The notes beneath the pieces were generated by a model that was not told the origin of the DNA, ran no database searches, and saw nothing but the letters and a program-made list of their open reading frames with translations. The position numbers and the translations under genes were made by a program. 64,000 bases of DNA from Bacteroidales bacterium (GTDB lineage Bacteria > Bacteroidota > Bacteroidia > Bacteroidales > Tenuifilaceae): the NCBI GenBank assembly GCA_017454165.1, contig JAFTDN010000023.1, positions 4,325 through 68,324 of the forward strand. The letters are read 5' to 3'. Positions 59,212 through 64,000 of the stretch are shown here, in pieces (positions within the stretch are counted from its first letter, which is position 1; every line of letters begins with the position of its first letter).

Positions 59212-60066
59212 CTACTCGGTTTCAATTGCGGACGTTTGGGCGGGTTGCTGACGCTGGCGGCGGACTGCCTGCACGGTGAACCACAAACCCAGCCCCAGAC
59301 CAACTACAATGGCCACCACCGATGCCTCGGCACCGAACTCGCCGCCGGTGAGCCACTGCGGGCCGGTGAGCGTGGGCTTGATAAGCGACACGCCACCATC
59401 GGTGCCCGAAACGCCAAAGCCAAAGATGCTGCCCTGAGTGAAGTTCCAACCCCAATGCATGCCAATGGGCAGCCACAGGTTGCCCGCATATCGGTAGGCC
59501 GCGCCCAGAAGCAAACCAGCCTCAACGGCTATGGCCAAACACGATAGCAAATCGCCCTGCCCAACGTGGATTAGCCCAAAGAGCACCGACGACACAACCA
59601 ACGCCGCCACAAAGCCAAAACGGCTGTCGATCCAACGGAACATAAAGCCCCGGAAGGCAATCTCCTCGCCCACGGCCACAAGCAGATAGTAGCTCAGCGC
59701 TTGGAGCATGGGCATGAACGATTCGCCAAAGCTGCTGACCCGATAGGCCCCAACAGCGTAGAGAACGGCCACCACCACAAGGAAGTATGCCGCACAGATG
59801 CCAAAGCCCTTGAGCGTGGAAGACAGCAACTGCGACATAGGCAAATCGGGCGCACCATGGTCGCCAAACATCCTGAACGTTAGCTCGTAGGCAACTAGCA
59901 TGGCCACAGCGGCCAGCACGCCCAAACCGCAAACCACGCCAACAGGAAGTCTATCTGTTGCCACATAAAAAACCCCTTGCGCTATGCCATACATAACGAG
60001 CGCACCAAATGCCCCTACAATAAGCAAGCCAAGCCACGCGGCGATGTTCATCTGTTTGATGTTCAT
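59212..60066 (-). CDS. CPBP family intramembrane glutamic endopeptidase (CAAX protease-like)
   Basis: Motif 1 GEEIAFRGFMF, motif 2 FGLIHV, motif 3 HWGWNF. Multiple TM helices. Confidence 0.85.
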   Translation of the reverse strand: MNIKQMNIAAWLGLLIVGAFGALVMYGIAQGVFYVATDRLPVGVVCGLGVLAAVAMLVAYELTFRMFGDHGAPDLPMSQLLSSTLKGFGICAAYFLVVVAVLYAVGAYRVSSFGESFMPMLQALSYYLLVAVGEEIAFRGFMFRWIDSRFGFVAALVVSSVLFGLIHVGQGDLLSCLAIAVEAGLLLGAAYRYAGNLWLPIGMHWGWNFTQGSIFGFGVSGTDGGVSLIKPTLTGPQWLTGGEFGAEASVVAIVVGLGLGLWFTVQAVRRQRQQPAQTSAIETE

Positions 60067-60360
60067 AGTTTGTTTTTGTTCACCTTTTTATGGGCAACAA
60101 CGCCCATGCAATTGGGCGGCAAAGATAACAAAAATAACATGGCATAAGCTTGGGGCTTTGCCTGATAGCCCACATACTTTGGGGCATTGCCCAAAAAATA
60201 TGCAAAAAAAATCGAGAAACTAACAATTGATACACAACGAAAAAAAGTTTATCAGTTAAACAAAATTATAGCCACACTATCTGCGCATATGCGGGAAAGC
60301 GGGCGCAGCTACAGCAATGCCACTGCTATACAGTATTAGCGTACAGGCAGTTTCTTGTTT

Positions 60361-60840
60361 CTATAACGTTAGGCTAACGTTACTTCTTAATAAGTCTATT
60401 TTGTAAGCAAATTGTATTGATAACAAACGAAGATTTTCACTATGTTCATCTCCAACCAATACAATTTGCTCCGCCATCTCGCAAACATATTTGTTCCGCG
60501 CCAATGCCGTTGCCCTTGATTGCCTTGCCGCATTGGAAGTGGAAATGATGAGCAAACGGTTTTGCTCCAACGCCTCTTTCAAATCTGCAGGAACAACTTT
60601 ATACATCTGCCTTCCCAACACCATAATGATTGGTTGCTCCCCTTTCAGCAGAAAATGCAGCACATCTTTCTCCAGCTTGGAGCTGAATCCACTCACCACG
60701 CACCTACTTTGACGGCGCATTTCTGTAGCCCAGTCATAACAACGCAGTACGATTTCCGAAGAAATGGTGTTTGAGGCTAAAAATGCCGTTTTGGGCAGTT
60801 TAAGCAGATCTTTGTTTCCGAGATAATTCAATTCGATCAT
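60361..60840 (-). CDS. DprA/Smf-like (SLOG-fold) protein, short stand-alone form
   Basis: VVSGFSSKLEKDVLHFLLKGEQPIIMVLGRQMY...LLIISTSN....SRATALARNKYVCEMAEQIVLV parallels the DprA core (SG.A.GID..aH..aL..gg.TIAVLg.G.d..YP...LisE......fp.RNRiia.ls....vvEa). Low GC. Confidence 0.6.
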   Translation of the reverse strand: MIELNYLGNKDLLKLPKTAFLASNTISSEIVLRCYDWATEMRRQSRCVVSGFSSKLEKDVLHFLLKGEQPIIMVLGRQMYKVVPADLKEALEQNRLLIISTSNAARQSRATALARNKYVCEMAEQIVLVGDEHSENLRLLSIQFAYKIDLLRSNVSLTL

Positions 60841-60906
60841 ATAGTTTTATTCACTCATTTATTCCCCAAATTATTCCCTCAACAGTTTCTGAATCTTCTT
60901 TTTTTA

Positions 60907-60958
60907 TTCATCTCCCATCCGATACTTGATGTCGTAATTGATGATGAAGTCCAGCTCC
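60907..60958 (-). repeat. R1: orphan copy of the methyltransferase 3' coding end (encodes ELDFIINYDIKYRMGDE-stop)
   Basis: 60919-60958 matches 62156-62195 at 39 of 40 positions (hand alignment). It begins 3 nt after the stop of the DUF1016 gene at 60962. Confidence 0.8.
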
Positions 60959-60961
60959 CTG

Positions 60962-62014
60962 TCAATGTTTGCGAATGTAGTGTTCGCTTGCCACAGCGAT
61001 GGCTTTCTTCAGTTTCTGCGCCAGCACTTTCTTGTCGGGTAATTGCGTGTAATATTGGGCGACCTTGATTGGGCTGTTATCATCCAACATAAGATACTCG
61101 ATATGTTCTGTGTTGCCTTCCGAACATAGAATGAGGCCAATGGGCGATTCTTCCCACCCTTTTCTTTCGTTCTGATTCAAATAGCGAAGATACAGGAGCA
61201 TTTGCCCCTCATGTTCGGGTTTGAACTTGCCCAATTTCAAATCTATGGCCACCAAGCGTCTCAATTCCCTGTGGAAAAACAACAAGTCAAGATAATAATC
61301 GGTTGCATCCACGGTTATACGCTTCTGTCTGGCCACAAAGGTAAAGTCTGACCCTAGTTCCCTTATGAAATCCTCTATTTGGGTGATAATAGCACCTTCA
61401 AGGTCTTTCTCCGTGAAAATATCGGGGAGACCAAGCATATCAAGAAAATAACTGCTTCGAAACACCATGTCGGGCAGCAATTGGTTTCCATCCCTAGCCT
61501 CTTCCAGTTCCTGCCTAACAACCTCTTCGGGCTTACGGCTAATGGCCGTCCGCTGGTAAAGCTGCTGGTCTATCTTCTCGTCCAATGTCCGCGTGTCCCA
61601 ATGTTCGATGCCACACATTTGGGCATAGAATTGGCGTTCAAGAGGGTCTTTAACGCTCATGAGTGTTCGCAGATGTGTCCATGTCAATTGTGTACGCGTT
61701 GCGTACATAATCTCTTCCTCCGAAAAAGTGTACGCAGCGCGTACACAATGTTGGGGCTTGTATAGGCTCCAGCCGCTGCCGTATTTCTCGGCCAGCCGAG
61801 CGGAAAGATTCATGAGGATTTGCTTCCCATATTGGGCGCGTTGATTGTATAGCACATCCTCCTTGATACGTTTGCCTACATACCAGTTTGTCATGCAAAC
61901 TTCTGTATTCAAGTAGGTGGCAATCCGGTTTCTTGCGCCGTCAATAATTTGACACACATCCCCATACAGGGTTTCCTCTGCTTGTGGTTCGCCAATTTGA
62001 ATCTCGTGTTTCAT
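60962..62014 (-). CDS. DUF1016/YhcG family PD-(D/E)XK nuclease (copy 1)
   Basis: Family-typical N-terminal region (NRIATYLNTEVCMTNWYVGKRI, YGKQILMNLSARL, LTWTHLRTLMSV.DP..R.FY) and nuclease core (RQKRITVDATDYYLDLLFFHRELRRLVAIDLKLGKF, PIGLILCSEGN). Confidence 0.85.
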   Translation of the reverse strand: MKHEIQIGEPQAEETLYGDVCQIIDGARNRIATYLNTEVCMTNWYVGKRIKEDVLYNQRAQYGKQILMNLSARLAEKYGSGWSLYKPQHCVRAAYTFSEEEIMYATRTQLTWTHLRTLMSVKDPLERQFYAQMCGIEHWDTRTLDEKIDQQLYQRTAISRKPEEVVRQELEEARDGNQLLPDMVFRSSYFLDMLGLPDIFTEKDLEGAIITQIEDFIRELGSDFTFVARQKRITVDATDYYLDLLFFHRELRRLVAIDLKLGKFKPEHEGQMLLYLRYLNQNERKGWEESPIGLILCSEGNTEHIEYLMLDDNSPIKVAQYYTQLPDKKVLAQKLKKAIAVASEHYIRKH

Positions 62015-62133
62015 ACCATAATAACCATTTGTCCGTTCAGATTATTGCTTTCATTTCTATTCCTCCCCCAACTGGGCTTCGCCCGATTTTCCTCACGCTC
62101 GGCAAAGAAAGCAAGCTTTCTCTGCTCTCGCTT

Positions 62134-62242
62134 AATCGGAAAGTTCATCCCCCATCCGATACTTGATGTCGTAATTGATGATGAAGTCCAACTCCTCCTC
62201 CGTGAATCCATAGTGCTTCGCTAATACTTTGTCTATCTCGTC
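62134..62242 (-). repeat. R2: orphan copy of the methyltransferase 3' coding end (encodes DEIDKVLAKHYGFTEEELDFIINYDIKYRMGDELSD-stop)
   Basis: 62156-62242 matches 63334-63420 at 77 of 87 positions (hand alignment). All 10 differences are synonymous in the shared frame. The stop of the DUF1016 gene at 62233 lies inside the repeat. Confidence 0.85.
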
Positions 62243-63279
62243 CCATGCTCTTTTGCGATTAGTATTGAACGGTTCAACTTATCAATAAACCACTGCTTGT
62301 CGGGCAAGAATGTGGTATATTGCCCCACCTTTATGTGCTCTTCATCCAGCATCAAAAGTTCTATATGCTCGGTATTGCCCTCACTGCAAAGCAACAAACC
62401 GATAGGAGGATTTTCGCCAGGCTGCATGTCATATTTTTGCAAATACTTCAGATAAAGCTCCATCTGTCCTTTGTAATGCGGTTTGAACTTACCCAACTTC
62501 AAGTCTATTGCAACCAAACATTTCAACTTCCTATGGTAGAAAAGCAAGTCAAGATAATAATCGGTTCCATCAATTGTTATGCGTTTTTGCCTTTCCAAAA
62601 AAGCAAATCCTTGTCCCAATTCCAAAATGAAATTCTCCAGTTGCGCTGCAATGGCGTTCTCCAACTCGTTTTCTGTATAATATCCGCTTAAGCCAAGAAA
62701 ATCAAGCACGTATGAACTTTTAAGCACCACTTCGGATTCAATGTGTTGCGGGTTGATTCTTTCAAGCGTATGCACTATTTCATCATCAGGCTTGACGGCA
62801 ATCAGCGAACGCTCGTATGCCATCTCGTCCTGTTTGGCCCGCAATTGCTTAACGCTCCAGTGCTCGGCCATTCCCATTTGTTGATAAAAGAGCCTCTTTG
62901 TCGGGTCTTCTATGGTGACCAGTTCAAGGAAATGACTCCAACTTAATGTTTGCGACAGCATCGCAAACATTTCCTTGTCGCTATAAATGCGAGCCACCTT
63001 CATCATTCTTGTCAGCGCTGAATAAGTGTAACCTTTACCGTAGCGTTCCATCAATCTTTGCGACAGTGTCGCAAGAATTTTTTGTCCGTATGCCGAATAG
63101 GTCTGGTAATTCATATCGTTGGTAATGTATGTGCCTACATTCCAGAACGTCATACTCGACTGGGCATTGACGTAAACAGCCACCTGGCGCATGGAATCGT
63201 CAATAATTTCAGAAACGCCTTGATAAAGCCTGTCGCTGATTTGACCAATCTTTTTAATGTCCAATATTTCGTCTGCCAT
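62233..63279 (-). CDS. DUF1016/YhcG family PD-(D/E)XK nuclease (copy 2, divergent paralogue)
   Basis: Same architecture as copy 1 (RQKRITIDGTDYYLDLLFYHRKLKCLVAIDLKLGKF, PIGLLLCSEGNTEHIE). Elsewhere it has less than half identity to copy 1 by eye. Confidence 0.85.
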   Translation of the reverse strand: MADEILDIKKIGQISDRLYQGVSEIIDDSMRQVAVYVNAQSSMTFWNVGTYITNDMNYQTYSAYGQKILATLSQRLMERYGKGYTYSALTRMMKVARIYSDKEMFAMLSQTLSWSHFLELVTIEDPTKRLFYQQMGMAEHWSVKQLRAKQDEMAYERSLIAVKPDDEIVHTLERINPQHIESEVVLKSSYVLDFLGLSGYYTENELENAIAAQLENFILELGQGFAFLERQKRITIDGTDYYLDLLFYHRKLKCLVAIDLKLGKFKPHYKGQMELYLKYLQKYDMQPGENPPIGLLLCSEGNTEHIELLMLDEEHIKVGQYTTFLPDKQWFIDKLNRSILIAKEHGTR

Positions 63280-63303
63280 AATTCTCTTGCAAAGTTAATG
63301 TTT

Positions 63304-64000
63304 CTATTCCTCCCACGATAACTCAGCCCCAATCCGATACTTGATGTCATAATTAATAATGAAGTCCAACTCCTCCTCCGTGAAACCGTAGTGCTTGGCC
63401 AACACCTTGTCTATTTCGTCGATGATGGGCTTGGATTTATATATTTTATACTCATAAATATCACCACCTGCCCGTTTGTCAAATCGAATAATTCTATTAT
63501 CCTTCATCGAATTAGCAAGTTTTGCAGATGCTGGAACCTGAACATCTTCAATACTAATAGGAAATTCTGAAAGATGCCAAGTGCCCAAATGCCAACAATC
63601 AGAAATCGCAGTATGGAAAATGTAAAATGTTGATGAGTTTAGCACGGAAAAAATATCATCTATATTATTATCAAAAGACAATGTCTTATATGATTTTACT
63701 GGTGTTAAACAAGGGTCAAAATTGAAAGGGAAAACCCAATACGTCTCTCCATAATCTTTGAAGTATAAACGCTCAGAAGAACTTGTCCTACAATGCACCA
63801 TAATATCCTTTTTCTTGGATTGTATTTTTGAAAATATCGATGAAAAAATAGAATCTCCGATTTTTGGGATAATGTCACCTCTATCATTATCAAAAACAGC
63901 CTTTTGATATTTCAGGGTCTTAAACAAATTTGGCTGATGTTTTGTTCGAAGATAGTTTGTCGTATATAAATCTACATCAGTAGAAGAATTATTCATAAAA
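63304..64000 (-). CDS. C-terminal target-recognition part of a restriction-modification methyltransferase/specificity protein (5' part lies beyond the window)
   Basis: The frame is still open at nt 64000. The C-terminal tail EIDKVLAKHYGFTEEELDFIINYDIKYRIG is, from memory, typical of Type IIG/Eco57I-like N6-adenine methyltransferases with a TaqI-like C-terminal specificity domain. Very low GC. Confidence 0.55.
   Translation of the reverse strand, partial: FMNNSSTDVDLYTTNYLRTKHQPNLFKTLKYQKAVFDNDRGDIIPKIGDSIFSSIFSKIQSKKKDIMVHCRTSSSERLYFKDYGETYWVFPFNFDPCLTPVKSYKTLSFDNNIDDIFSVLNSSTFYIFHTAISDCWHLGTWHLSEFPISIEDVQVPASAKLANSMKDNRIIRFDKRAGGDIYEYKIYKSKPIIDEIDKVLAKHYGFTEEELDFIINYDIKYRIGAELSWEE

Noticed and set aside
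62011-62211. 66-aa ORF between the two DUF1016 genes.
   Set aside because: It reads across remnant R2 in the wrong frame. The remnant's own frame gives the conserved ..DFIINYDIKYRMG tail, and this ORF has no coding features.

Overview
This 64-kb window looks like a chromosomal segment of a fairly high-GC Bacteroidota (Bacteroidales-like) genome. The evidence is TAnnTTTG -7 promoter boxes close to start codons, three proteins with type IX secretion (T9SS) C-terminal sorting domains, and Bacteroidota-typical gene families (DUF2723, Listeria-Bacteroides repeat proteins). I call about 48 genes. Most are housekeeping (nadA, ruvB, pheS, dut, ybeY, mnmG, uvrC, gapA, topB, adenine deaminase, 5-formyl-THF cyclo-ligase) or cell-envelope genes. 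I found no rRNA, tRNA or CRISPR array. Three accessory patches stand out. (i) At 31.4-35.2 kb there is a DEDDh exonuclease followed by a tightly coupled Fic / short UvrA-like ATPase operon. (ii) At 35.4-38.5 kb there is a low-GC three-gene operon of secreted proteins; it ends in a twice-frameshifted T9SS cargo gene and is bounded by an IS5-type transposase remnant. (iii) At 60.3-64.0 kb there is a low-GC restriction-modification-linked island, which is the most unusual structure. The 3' coding end of a methyltransferase/specificity gene (cut by the window edge) occurs three times as direct repeats. Each copy is followed by a different accessory gene: two divergent DUF1016/YhcG PD-(D/E)XK nucleases and a DprA/SLOG-like protein. 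One orphan copy differs from the live copy only at synonymous sites. Other points worth a second look are a 730-bp ORF-poor gap beside the MTHFS gene (candidate structured RNA), three indel-disrupted reading frames, dispersed partner-switching components, and short AT-rich codon-usage patches inside GC-rich genes. All functional calls come from reading the translations by eye. No database search was run.
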